The notes under the pieces are model-generated. The model searched no databases. It saw only the letters and a program-made list of their open reading frames with translations, and was not told the DNA's origin. This document shows positions 10,975 to 20,533 of a stretch of 64,000 bases of DNA, one piece after another. Location of the stretch: positions 107,917 to 171,916 of IMG/VR virus record IMGVR_UViG_3300027763_000027, one strand, 5' to 3'. Both the position numbers and the translations under genes were made by a program. Positions within the stretch are counted from its first letter, which is position 1; every line of letters starts with the position of its first letter. This DNA is from a virus.

Positions 10975-11526
10975 ATGATTAATTTTAATATCCCATCGGA
11001 AGATCCCATTGTTCATTGGCCTAATCTAAAAGTAAAAGATCAAAATGTTTTAGATCTTGGGTGTGGAAGGCATGGATCTGGTTGGGATTTAATTGATGAT
11101 AATGGGATGCCAGCTGGAGCTTCGGGTGCAACACCTTTTTATTTTTTAAATAATTGTCAAGCAAATAAAGTAGTAGGCGTGGATTTATCTAAAAGAGACA
11201 TAGATTTTTATAATAAAATAAATTCTTCACCAAATATAATTTTTATAGAGCAAGATCTAAGCGTTCCTAATGCAGATGAAATAATTAAAAATATAATCAA
11301 AGAACACCAAATAACATATATTAAATCTGATATAGAAGGATATGAATTATTCTTTTTAAATTTCAAAAAAGAAGATTATCAAACAATAAATGGTATTGCG
11401 ATTGAATATCATAACTTAGAGGGAAAGAGTTTATTACTATCACATTTTATTTCAATGGGATTTACTCTTGATGCCGAAGGAATTTATAATGATCAAGTTG
11501 GGGTTTTAGTCTTAAATAAGAATTGA
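10975..11526 (+). CDS. Class I SAM-dependent methyltransferase (FkbM-like)
   Basis: VLDLGCG motif I; IKSDIEGYE and IAIEYH FkbM-like motifs. Confidence 0.75.
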   Translation: MINFNIPSEDPIVHWPNLKVKDQNVLDLGCGRHGSGWDLIDDNGMPAGASGATPFYFLNNCQANKVVGVDLSKRDIDFYNKINSSPNIIFIEQDLSVPNADEIIKNIIKEHQITYIKSDIEGYELFFLNFKKEDYQTINGIAIEYHNLEGKSLLLSHFISMGFTLDAEGIYNDQVGVLVLNKN

Positions 11527-11559
11527 CTATACTTAAATAAAGGTTATATTAATTATATG
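11523..11559 (+). promoter_or_regulatory. Representative sigma70-like leaderless promoter TTGACN-N16-TATAWT-N6-ATG
   Basis: TTGACT atacttaaataaaggt TATATT aattat ATG; same geometry near 6369, 11815, 14396, 14908, 15204, 15945, 16992, 18034, 18934. Confidence 0.8.
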
Positions 11560-11848
11560 AGCCAATATACAGATGAAAATTTTAAAAGAGAAGATTGGGA
11601 ATTAATTCAAGATGCTATTGTAGATCAAATCTCGTACCTTAAGCATAAGCAATCTTGGGGGTACGAGGAGCAGGTTGAGCGTCTAGAAGCCTTGCTGGAA
11701 AAAGCTAGAATTAGTAGATTAGTTGCAAATAAGGGATAATCAAATAATGAATTACTATTATATTTTTGGTGTTATCCTAGTAGTATATATTTTAAATATT
11801 TTCTTAAACAGGGATTGACAAAGTTTAAGTTTAGATTATATTGGATGT

Positions 11849-12367
11849 ATGAGCAAAACATCTAAATCTAAAAAAATCAAAATGCCAAAGATGACAGACA
11901 TCATGGCACAAATTAAAGCAGAGCAAATCAAAAAAGGAGATAGAGTAAAGTATCATTCTAATCTATTATTTGATACTCTAGCACAAACAAAAGTATCTTC
12001 TATTGAAGTATCTTTTGAAGGTTGCGGAGACTCTGGACAAATCGAATCAGTAGATTATACAGATGCTAATGGCAAGGGCATAGACGAAGCATATCTTGAT
12101 AAGGTTATTGTTAAAGGTTCAGCTAAAACATCCTATCACAAATGGGACGAAAAGACAAAAAAGCTAGTCAAGACAGAAGCCACAGAAGGAAATGTCAGAG
12201 AGATTATCGAAGAGATATGTTATGATAAGTTAGGTGCAAGCCACGGAGGTTGGGAGATTAACGAAGGTAGCTATGGAACATTCTACTTTGATGTCTCTAC
12301 TCGCAAGGTGCGTCTCGAATACAACGAGAGGATAGAGGAGGTTCGGACTAGTGAGGAGAGTTTCTAA
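11849..12367 (+). CDS. DUF6878-like protein
   Basis: FEGCGDSGQIE...GWEINEGSYGTF; paired with a DUF6915-like gene. Confidence 0.7.
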   Translation: MSKTSKSKKIKMPKMTDIMAQIKAEQIKKGDRVKYHSNLLFDTLAQTKVSSIEVSFEGCGDSGQIESVDYTDANGKGIDEAYLDKVIVKGSAKTSYHKWDEKTKKLVKTEATEGNVREIIEEICYDKLGASHGGWEINEGSYGTFYFDVSTRKVRLEYNERIEEVRTSEESF

Positions 12368-12717
12368 TGGCTAATCCATACCATCATTCTGTCTCTTCGT
12401 CAAAGAAGTGGGGTGGAACTCCAGAAGATTATCAGAAGATTCACGACTGGTTCGATGAATCAAAGATGATGATGGCAGACTTTAGACATCGTGCTTTGCG
12501 ACATCACGCCGAGGGTATCTTTATGTGTGAGAGGATATTTGGTCACACCATTACTTTAAGTAATGGAAAAAAGATTCCTACTCGTTGGGTTGGCGAACAG
12601 CATGTAGCAGAGGACTTGGGATTTATTCCATCTATGCAAGATTGGCTTAAACATATTATGCCAGAACCTTGGATGGGTAAGACAAAGAAACTTGACATAG
12701 AAAAGCAATTAGTATAA
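12367..12717 (+). CDS. DUF6915-like protein
   Basis: MANPYHHSVSSxKKWGG...IHDWFDESK...RHRALRHHAEGIF...EQHVxEDLG. Confidence 0.8.
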   Translation: MANPYHHSVSSSKKWGGTPEDYQKIHDWFDESKMMMADFRHRALRHHAEGIFMCERIFGHTITLSNGKKIPTRWVGEQHVAEDLGFIPSMQDWLKHIMPEPWMGKTKKLDIEKQLV

Positions 12718-12727
12718 TATATTGTAT

Positions 12728-13384
12728 ATGAAAAAATTAAACTTAAGTTTATTTCTAATACTATTTGTTTCTAGTGTTTTTTCTCAAACACCTTACGATA
12801 GAGTTGCTATTGAGAAAACTATTAAACCTAACAAAGCAACAAAAAATATATATTTATTTGTTAATCCTCTTGTTCAAGATCCCCACCAGTGCCAAACCAC
12901 CTGTGTTTCAATGCTGTTAGGTTATGGTGGAATTAATATAACCCCAGCCAGTATCGAAATGGCATCTACTGGCAAGTTAGACGGAACTCCTACTATGTGG
13001 AAAATAGTAGAAACATTATTAAGGGAATGGAATATTCCATTAAAGGTTTCTAGATATGAGGCCAAGTATTCTAGCGTAGACCATATTGTTGAGTTCTTTA
13101 AGGAGTTGTTAGATCGTAATACGCCGTGCTATTTCTTGGCTAATTATCACGCAATCGTTGTTCAAGGTTACGACCAAGGTACGAGAAAAATATATTGCAT
13201 TGACCCTAGCCGTTCGAACTCTATTGTTCTCGTATTTACCTACCAAGAGTTTATGAATTATATTCGTAACTCAATAGAGTACAAAAAGAATAAAGGTATA
13301 TTAATCGCACACCAATCAACTAAATTAAACAATTTCTTTTATCTAGAAAATAATATCTTTATATTTAAAGGAGCTTTAAGATAA
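12728..13384 (+). CDS. Secreted papain-like (C39-like) peptidase
   Basis: Signal peptide; Q...C (QDPHQCQTTC), HAIVVQGYD and IDP catalytic pattern. Confidence 0.65.
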   Translation: MKKLNLSLFLILFVSSVFSQTPYDRVAIEKTIKPNKATKNIYLFVNPLVQDPHQCQTTCVSMLLGYGGINITPASIEMASTGKLDGTPTMWKIVETLLREWNIPLKVSRYEAKYSSVDHIVEFFKELLDRNTPCYFLANYHAIVVQGYDQGTRKIYCIDPSRSNSIVLVFTYQEFMNYIRNSIEYKKNKGILIAHQSTKLNNFFYLENNIFIFKGALR

Positions 13385-13960
13385 TTTGGTGAGGTGGTTT
13401 GGTCATCGGTAGTTGCTTCCGTTAATAGCAAATCGTTTGGGAATACCGAATAATTCTCGTGTAATAACTATTATGAATGATTTTAATATTTTAAACGAGA
13501 TAAATGAATGTTTGATAATAGCAAACCAATTTCAGTTTGGACATAATACTTTTTCTAGAAATGTTAGATCTTATCTTTTGTACAAAAAAATAAGTTCTTT
13601 ATATAGAAAAGTAGATAATTTTGAACTAGCAACTTATTATAGTTCACAAGCGGAAACTGCATTATCTCTAATAGAAGATGGTGAATACAAAAACAAGCTA
13701 GCTCAAGTTGTATCAGACGATTTTCCTCCTTCATTATTTTTAAAAGAAGTAACTAATTCTACTGAATAAATTTTTTTGTTCTACTATTTGTTGTATTTGT
13801 GTTATAATAGATAGTATGAGTAAAAAAGAAATGGAGAAAAATCTTAATTATGGTGATTGCAATAATATTTTCTGTTTTTTCAGTGATGTTCTTGAGAGCG
13901 CACTTCAGAGTGTAGAAAAAAGTATTGACCTAATCGTAAAAAAAGATTAAAATATAAACA

Positions 13961-14113
13961 GTAGAAGGCACACTCTCATTTGCGAGAGGGTGCAAAGAAA
14001 GAGAGCGAGGCGCCCTATATTTCTTTCGTTCCTTCTACGTTGATTTCCGCACAGAAATCAAGGATTGGCTGTTGAGGTGATTGCGGGATTAACCTCAACC
14101 ATATATCCCTTGA
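13961..14113 (+). ncRNA. Candidate structured ncRNA of unknown family
   Basis: TTGACC-N17-TAAAAT promoter (13925-13953); GTAGAAGG/CCTTCTAC closing helix with two internal hairpins, then further stems; GC-rich and non-coding. Confidence 0.55.
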
Positions 14114-15237
14114 GCGTTTTTTGGTGTCGCAGAAACCATTTATTTTCGTGTAATTTGAGATATGAAATACAAACAATTAAAAGAATACTTGAATACCCTA
14201 ACTGAAGAACAATTAAACCAAGATGTGGTGGTTGTAGAAAAAACAGATTATGCTCCTTTAGTTTCTTATATAGATTCAGCTTTTGTGGTAGAAGATGGAG
14301 ATACTTTATCTTACGAAAATCTTTTAAATAAAGTAGTATTGTACGTTCCTAGATTGAATTAATCATGTATATTATGAGTTATTTATAAATAATCATTGAC
14401 TAAATAATAATTTAAGTTATATTTGGTAGATGACCACATATAAATACATAGCAGACTATATAAATAAACCTACTATATTTTGTTATATTGTAGATTGTGT
14501 GATAAATAACAATCCTTATTTGTTTGGTGGCGAGTATAATAAAAAATTACTAAACAAGAAAGTATGGATGGCTAAACAAGTATTTCCTCATTGTGAACCA
14601 ACTCAATATACTTATTTCAAAACATTCAAAGAAGCAAAAGATACATTAAATAGATGGGGCGCAAAGTGGGAAAGGGTTTGACAAAATAATAATTCAATAT
14701 GAAAATACTTAATCAACAAGATAATATAGATTATTCTTCTTATACTATAGAAGATAATAATAACATATATAGTGTTGTTAAACCATGTAAAGGAACTTGG
14801 GTAGCTTTTGCAGGAGTAAAATTATCTGTAAGAGATTCAGAAGGAAATATTGTTCGAGATAAGAATATTATTGAAAATATTAACAATTTAATATTTTAAA
14901 AAAGAAATTGACTAAATAATAATTTAGATTATATTCTATTTATGACTAAAACATTCAAAATAGGTGAGTATGCAGTAGGAGGAAAGATCAAAGTATCTAT
15001 TCCTAAAACCTTAACTAATATAAAGATAGATGTTATTGATTCTAATTTTGGCACAGGTCAATTAGTTAATCAGTATATCTATTATAGCTTTGATAGGATT
15101 AGAATTGAAAGAGATTTGTTTCAAATAGTAAGTGGTTACTGGTCAGATCAAATACTAGCATGGATTAATAAAAGTTGGCAAAGTCAATTAGCCAAAATAT
15201 AATTTGACAATAAATATAAAAGGAGTATATTAAAACT

Positions 15238-15474
15238 ATGAACAACACCGAAAAACCCCTAAAGAAATTCACGATTCGTATGCAACGCAACCAAATCGCA
15301 GAAGTGGACATCGAGGTGGAGGCCACATCAGATGAGGAAGCGGTTGATAAGGCAACAGAGATGGCTGAAAATTGCACTGATGCTAATGGCTTTGCCCTTG
15401 AGTGGGATGAGGTTGATTATAACTTCGAAGCTATTGATGTCGAGGAAGAAGAGGAGGACGAAGATGAAGTCTAG
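15238..15474 (+). CDS. Small acidic protein
   Basis: Behind a TTGACA-N16-TATATT-N6-ATG promoter; very acidic C-terminus. Confidence 0.6.
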   Translation: MNNTEKPLKKFTIRMQRNQIAEVDIEVEATSDEEAVDKATEMAENCTDANGFALEWDEVDYNFEAIDVEEEEEDEDEV

Positions 15475-15978
15475 TGAACAAATTACTAAAGAAATCAGTG
15501 ATAGGATTGTAGAATACAAAGCTCTTATGATTGAGCATGATAATAATCAAAGTGCAGTAGATGAATTAGAAAGTGCAATTCATGAACTAGATCATCTATT
15601 AAGGTGGATTAATGAGTAATACTCCTTTATTTTTCGCTATTGTATTAAGCATTGTTTTTGCTATTTATATATATTTTAGCTACAATGAATAAGATAATTA
15701 ATTATATTATATGGATAGCTTTTGGCCTTATTATATTTGGCTTATTAAGATTATTTTTATGAGCTTTGCACGAGATATACTAACAAATAAACCTGTAATA
15801 TGCTTTGATGAATTGCTACTAGCTAAATATGAAATAGATAATAGTGTAATAAGAGATAGTGAAGATACTAAAGAGTCTAGTTAATATAGTTTTGTTTTTC
15901 TTATTATTTCCTCTGATATTATTAAGTGATATGATAAATGATGATTGACATAATTTTAATTTGGGTTATAGTTGGTTT

Positions 15979-16353
15979 ATGAAATTCGAAGTAAAAGATA
16001 CTACTCCAACTAATACAATTAAGCTTCATTATCCTCATATCTTATTAAAGATTATTTTTGGATTTCACGACTTTAATCTTGAAGCTAAAGCGTTTGTTAG
16101 ATTAAACTCTATTCAGCGTGATGAAGTTGGGAAACTTATCATATCTAAAGAAGATAAAAATGATATTATATCTAAAGTCAAGAAAAAAATGTCAAAAAAG
16201 TTTAATGGCACTTTTCCTAAAGCATTAAAGTATTGTTCTATATATTCTAATAAAATACAAGATTATAGCACCCCTAATGGCACTCGTTATTTAGAAAGCT
16301 GGATTATATCTAAAACATATAATGATAAGAATCAATTAGTAGAGTGTTTTTGA
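15979..16353 (+). CDS. Hypothetical protein (start corrected to MKFEVK)
   Basis: TTGACA-N16-TATAGT-N6-ATG geometry. Confidence 0.55.
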   Translation: MKFEVKDTTPTNTIKLHYPHILLKIIFGFHDFNLEAKAFVRLNSIQRDEVGKLIISKEDKNDIISKVKKKMSKKFNGTFPKALKYCSIYSNKIQDYSTPNGTRYLESWIISKTYNDKNQLVECF

Positions 16354-16388
16354 TTTGACATATATTTAATTTACTATATTATTAGCCT

Positions 16389-16841
16389 ATGAAGCTAATT
16401 AATACCACCTCATATTGTTCTGAAAAGTTAAAAGAAATTATCAAATGGTGTATGCCAGAAGGCGTATTCCTTAAAGACATTAGAAAGATAGATTTTGGTA
16501 ATACTAAATTAAATTGGCATGGCAGGGCTTGGGGAAGCATGAGAGTGCATATTGGTGTGCCACGATACGGCAAGTATATTCGTCCTTATAATACAGGAGG
16601 CAGAAGAGGCTATTTAAGTGTTGAAACATATAGCTGGGAAGAAGGTTTAATTGAATTAATTGCTCATGAATTAAGACATATATATCAATGGAAAAAAGGT
16701 AAGTATTATCATGGTATTAAAAAGATAAGAAAATATAACATGGGTACACGAGCTAAATTATGTGAAGTAGATGCTAGTTTATATGCTAAGAGAAAAGTAA
16801 GAGAGTATAGAAAAAGTAATTTTAAATTAAATTTGGTTTGA
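16389..16841 (+). CDS. HExxH zinc metallopeptidase-like protein
   Basis: LIAHELRH plus downstream CEVDA. Confidence 0.6.
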   Translation: MKLINTTSYCSEKLKEIIKWCMPEGVFLKDIRKIDFGNTKLNWHGRAWGSMRVHIGVPRYGKYIRPYNTGGRRGYLSVETYSWEEGLIELIAHELRHIYQWKKGKYYHGIKKIRKYNMGTRAKLCEVDASLYAKRKVREYRKSNFKLNLV

Positions 16842-16842
16842 C

Positions 16843-16917
16843 ATAAGTAGTTGATTATTATATAGTTACGTGGGCGGGCTCCCCGCGCGCGCAAGTCGTT
16901 GATAGGTAAGCATTTAC
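16843..16917. repeat. 75-bp bipartite palindromic element, copy 1 (extra solo arm at 16949-16975)
   Basis: ATAAGTAGTTGATTATTATATAGTTAC + 21 bp + GCAAGTCGTTGATAGGTAAGCATTTAC. Confidence 0.85.
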
Positions 16918-17025
16918 ACAACAACAGTAAAAAACTTTAACAGGATTGGCAAGTGTCTGATAATCAGAATCTTATGATACGAAAAAAGTTCTTGTCATAG
17001 TTTAAAAGTGTGGTATGATTAACAT

Positions 17026-17883
17026 ATGGCTAGAACAACAAAACCCGCTCAAAGTGTATACGATTTCGATGTACACCAAGAGCCACTCCTCACAACAGAC
17101 GGCAAGAGGACAGGATACTTCGGGATGGTACGCCGTGATACCCCCGAACCCATGACGCTCGGAGTTTGCACCGAGCAGTATGGTGTGGTGAAGAATGCAG
17201 ACCTCGTAACGATGGTCGAAGAGTCGCTAGCGCAGAACAGTATGCTCGCCAATCACAACTCCAAAAAGTTTGTGGTTCGTGATGGATCCCGTTTCTATGC
17301 TAGCTATGACTTCCCTGAGTTCAAAACTCAGTTGAAGCCAGTTGGCAAACGTGCGGTTGGTGATGTGCTTGGTTTGAGATTGACTGTTAACAACAGTTAT
17401 GATCGCTCCAGTCGCGTTTCCCTCTCGCTTGGCTTCCTCCGTTTGGTTTGTTTGAACGGAATGAAGTCGTTGACCAAAGAGTTCAGCATGACGAAGAGAC
17501 ACACTCTCGCCGTGAATCTGGATTTTATTGGTGATGCATTGGCAAACGCACTCTCCAGTGTTGATACCTCTGTAGCAATCTTCAACAGGTTGGCGCAGAA
17601 GGCAATCACTGATGAGCAGGGTTTGACATTGCTCACTAAGCTGGAAGAGAAGGCTGTCATCTCTGCTAAGGTGCGCGAAGGCATCGAAGCAGTTTGGCGG
17701 AATCCTTCTTACGAGGAGGATCATGATCGCAACCTGTACAACTTGTACAACGCCACTACGCAGTTTTTAACTCGTAATGTCGCTGACGAGCGGTACGAGT
17801 ATAGCGAGAGGGTCAGCACCGACTTGCTCAAAGTCTTCAGCGGAAAAACCCGCGACGAAGAGCTCCTGAAGCTGGTCGCCTAA
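17026..17883 (+). CDS. DUF932-family protein
   Basis: Y.VVKNxDL, DGSRF, NSYDRS and RLVCLNGM motifs; NLYNLYNAxTQFLT C-terminus. Confidence 0.85.
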   Translation: MARTTKPAQSVYDFDVHQEPLLTTDGKRTGYFGMVRRDTPEPMTLGVCTEQYGVVKNADLVTMVEESLAQNSMLANHNSKKFVVRDGSRFYASYDFPEFKTQLKPVGKRAVGDVLGLRLTVNNSYDRSSRVSLSLGFLRLVCLNGMKSLTKEFSMTKRHTLAVNLDFIGDALANALSSVDTSVAIFNRLAQKAITDEQGLTLLTKLEEKAVISAKVREGIEAVWRNPSYEEDHDRNLYNLYNATTQFLTRNVADERYEYSERVSTDLLKVFSGKTRDEELLKLVA

Positions 17884-17902
17884 ACTAAAACGAAACTTTA
17901 AC

Positions 17903-17935
17903 AGAGGCGGAGGGCAAAACCCTCCGCTTCTTTTT
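17903..17935 (+). terminator. Intrinsic terminator
   Basis: GCGGAGGG-caaaa-CCCTCCGC followed by a T-tract. Confidence 0.85.
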
Positions 17936-17953
17936 GCTTTTTTATTGACATGC

Positions 17954-18028
17954 ATAAGTCGTTATCTATCAAGTATTTACAGCGCGAGGGACCCTGCGTT
18001 TGTAACTCGTTATCTATCAGAGGCTTAC
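17954..18028. repeat. 75-bp element, copy 2
   Basis: 27+21+27 geometry; core AGCGCGAGGGACCCTGCGTTT. Confidence 0.9.
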
Positions 18029-18067
18029 AACACTTGACATTTATATTATTTATGTTATAGTTATGAG

Positions 18068-18409
18068 ATGAAAGCAAAGCATAAAGTATATTATAACTTA
18101 CATAAGAAGTGTCTTTCTATTATGCTTCGTGGAAAAGTATTAGAGCATAGCACAGAATTTTTTTTGCGTGATGTTGAGTTTAGAGTGAGTCAAGCAGGGC
18201 GCTCCAGGGTTCTAAAGGAACAAAGAAAGAATGTACACGCCTTTGTATGTGGGACTCCAGATGATGGTTGGCCTATTGACCAAAATGAAAGAAAGGTAAC
18301 CTATAATCCTTATAAGTATAACAGCTTTGTTTATTCTGATACCTTTGAACCAGTATATAAAGCAAAATGGGTTGGAGTTATTAATAGAGATATTTTTGTC
18401 TTGAATTAA
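18068..18409 (+). CDS. Conserved phage hypothetical protein
   Basis: VYYNLHK...FRVSQAGRxRVLKEQRKNVHAFV...YNPYK pattern. Confidence 0.7.
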   Translation: MKAKHKVYYNLHKKCLSIMLRGKVLEHSTEFFLRDVEFRVSQAGRSRVLKEQRKNVHAFVCGTPDDGWPIDQNERKVTYNPYKYNSFVYSDTFEPVYKAKWVGVINRDIFVLN

Positions 18410-18576
18410 TCTAAAAGTATAGTAAGATTATCTAATGGAAATCACTAAAGCCAAGAAACTAAAGGAGGGCGGTTACGCACTATACGCAACTGACCCTAAA
18501 ACTAAAACCGAAACCCAAGTTGGATATATTGGAGAAGGTCTGACTTTGGAAGCGTGGCTTCCTAAAGGAGTAAAAA

Positions 18577-18963
18577 TTGAAAACTCTTGAAGAAACATTT
18601 ACTAGCAGAGGCTTTAAGTTCACGATGGTTGGTCGTGATGGCGATGTTGCTATCTATAAAAAGCGACTCGATGAACCAGACAGCGAAGCTTTTAACTATG
18701 AAGTGATTGCTATTAAGCGTCACAATGGATATGAGATTGCAGGTGTCAAGATGCCTCCTGCTGAAATGTATCCGTCCGATAGTCAATGGGGCGATTGGGC
18801 TTATACTTGTATTGATCGTGAAGATGCAGACAAGCGATTCGTTCAACTAAAAGAAAAACTATCAGCTTATGTTGCAACATCAACTTTAGCTAATGGTGAG
18901 AAGCGTGGTCGTGGCCGTCCTCGCAAAATTGATTTGACAAAAACAGAACTTGTGGTATCATAA
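18577..18963 (+). CDS. Hypothetical protein with C-terminal AT-hook
   Basis: KRGRGRPRK motif. Confidence 0.65.
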   Translation: MKTLEETFTSRGFKFTMVGRDGDVAIYKKRLDEPDSEAFNYEVIAIKRHNGYEIAGVKMPPAEMYPSDSQWGDWAYTCIDREDADKRFVQLKEKLSAYVATSTLANGEKRGRGRPRKIDLTKTELVVS

Positions 18964-18967
18964 CAAA

Positions 18968-19204
18968 ATGACATATAAATGTGCAGTAAGCGGTGAAGCA
19001 CTTTCACCAGAGAGAGTTGAGGCTCTGCAAGTCCTCGGCGTTCCAGAGAGTCAATGGACAAAGAAAGAACATAGTCAAACAAAAAAACTACGAGCTGTAT
19101 ATGCTGGTGACGATGGCAGTAATGACATTGTTATTTGTGATGCAGTAGATGGTGGCTCGATGTTTGATAACGCAGTAGCGTTGGAGGTAGAAAATGAATC
19201 TTAA
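18968..19204 (+). CDS. DksA/TraR-like small protein (degenerate)
   Basis: CxxSGExLSPERVEAL resembles DksA CxxCGExIxxERLEA; leaderless promoter upstream. Confidence 0.45.
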   Translation: MTYKCAVSGEALSPERVEALQVLGVPESQWTKKEHSQTKKLRAVYAGDDGSNDIVICDAVDGGSMFDNAVALEVENES

Positions 19205-19391
19205 GTATATCGTTTTGCGAGACGGAATTCGTGTGAGTGAAGATATGCACACGAAGATTGAAGATGCTGAACACGAAGCGGAGTTTTGGCGTAAAGTCAT
19301 TCGCTCGTGGCCTGATGGAACGAAAGTTACCATCAAGAAAATCGGCGGATAACTTCGGAGGCTGACATTGAGCTACGGCTTAGTGTTGATT

Positions 19392-19482
19392 GCTAGGGTC
19401 GTCTAACTGGTTAAGACCCCACACTTATAATGTGGTCGCTCTAGATTTGGGCAAAATGTAGGTTCGAATCCTACCCCTAGTA
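19392..19482 (+). tRNA. tRNA with UAU anticodon (Ile, AUA-reading) and long variable arm
   Basis: Acceptor GCTAGGG/CCCTAGT, D-arm GTCT/AGAC, anticodon stem CCACA/TGTGG with loop CTTATAA, about 22-nt variable region, T-arm GTAGG-TTCGAAT-CCTAC. Confidence 0.8.
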
Positions 19483-19767
19483 TGTATTATATGTAAGTAC
19501 TTAATGTTCAACCAATTATTTTTATTGACTATTTTTCTGATTCTTGTATATTAAACCTATGACAAACAAAACAGCACCATTCTATGTGATGAATGTGTTC
19601 GGTCAAGACCGAGCCGTTATCCTAAACACCTCAATCCGTATGTGTACGCCTAAAGAGACTTGTTCTCTTAAAGAATTGGAGAACATCTCCAAGGCTTTTG
19701 GAGTAGAGTTCTTTCAAGTACCAAAACCTTCTAGCTTCCCAGCGAAAGTAGTAGCTTCGTGAAAGAT

Positions 19768-19843
19768 GGGCTTGTAGCTCAATGGTTAGAGCAGAGCACT
19801 CATAATGCTTTGGTTGGGGGTTCAAGTCCCTCCGAGCCCACCA
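19768..19843 (+). tRNA. tRNA-Ile2(CAU), lysidine type (Met less likely)
   Basis: Cloverleaf GGGCTTGTAGCTCA...CTCATAA...TTCAAGT...ACCA with encoded CCA; Ile-like acceptor. Confidence 0.85.
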
Positions 19844-19970
19844 CTTCTCCTTGTGCGGATTGGATGCTCAACTCTTATAGTAAGCATGCTGAGATAACTC
19901 AAGAAGATGTAGAATGGTATTTAAAAAACAAAAGCATTGACAACAAACAAAGATAGGATAAACTAAAACT

Positions 19971-20357
19971 ATGAAACTTATTAAACAAAACCTCGGTGCC
20001 CATTGGGTCATCGGAATCAAAGGCAACAAGGACGAGATTGAGCAGTTCCACAATCGAGTCTATAACTGGGGCGGAACAAACGGAGAGCTTCAATGGATGA
20101 GCAACGATTTTGCTTATTTTTGGATTACTCTAGAAAAGTTGGAACGAGTAATGTTTAAGTATGTTATGAATGGCATCACAGATAAACTTGGTAAGAAGTT
20201 TCGTGGTGCAAAAGGTGGATTAAAAGGAGTCGTATCTAATCGTGTCAAGAATACTATTGATAATATTCCAAACGAAACATTTGTTCGCACAGCACAAGTC
20301 GAGGATATATATTCTCTTGGAACAATCTCTGCGGAAAAATTAGATACTGATAGCTAA
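19971..20357 (+). CDS. Hypothetical protein, paralog of 27766-28221
   Basis: Shares YNWxGTNG and YSLGTISAEK. Confidence 0.7.
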   Translation: MKLIKQNLGAHWVIGIKGNKDEIEQFHNRVYNWGGTNGELQWMSNDFAYFWITLEKLERVMFKYVMNGITDKLGKKFRGAKGGLKGVVSNRVKNTIDNIPNETFVRTAQVEDIYSLGTISAEKLDTDS

Positions 20358-20363
20358 ACAATC

Positions 20364-20436
20364 CGCCTAGTAGCCCAATGGCAGAGGCAAACGACTTAAA
20401 ATCGTTCAAGTGTCAGTTCGAGTCTGACCTAGGCGA
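20364..20436 (+). tRNA. tRNA-Leu(UAA) with short variable loop
   Basis: CGCCTAG/CTAGGCG acceptor, AACGA-CTTAAAA-TCGTT anticodon arm, GTCAG-TTCGAGT-CTGAC T-arm. Confidence 0.85.
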
Positions 20437-20445
20437 AAATCTTTT

Positions 20446-20519
20446 GCTTTCATAGCTCAATTGGATAGAGCAACGGATTTCTAATCCGTAGGTTGCAGGT
20501 TCAATCCCTGCTGAAAGCG
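20446..20519 (+). tRNA. tRNA-Arg(UCU)
   Basis: GCTTTCA/TGAAAGC acceptor, ACGGA-TTTCTAA-TCCGT anticodon arm. Confidence 0.9.
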
Positions 20520-20533
20520 TGTAATAATATATT

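Noticed and set aside
19759-19956. 65-aa ORF MKDGLVAQWLEQ...
   Set aside because: Largely a translation of the tRNA(CAU) gene
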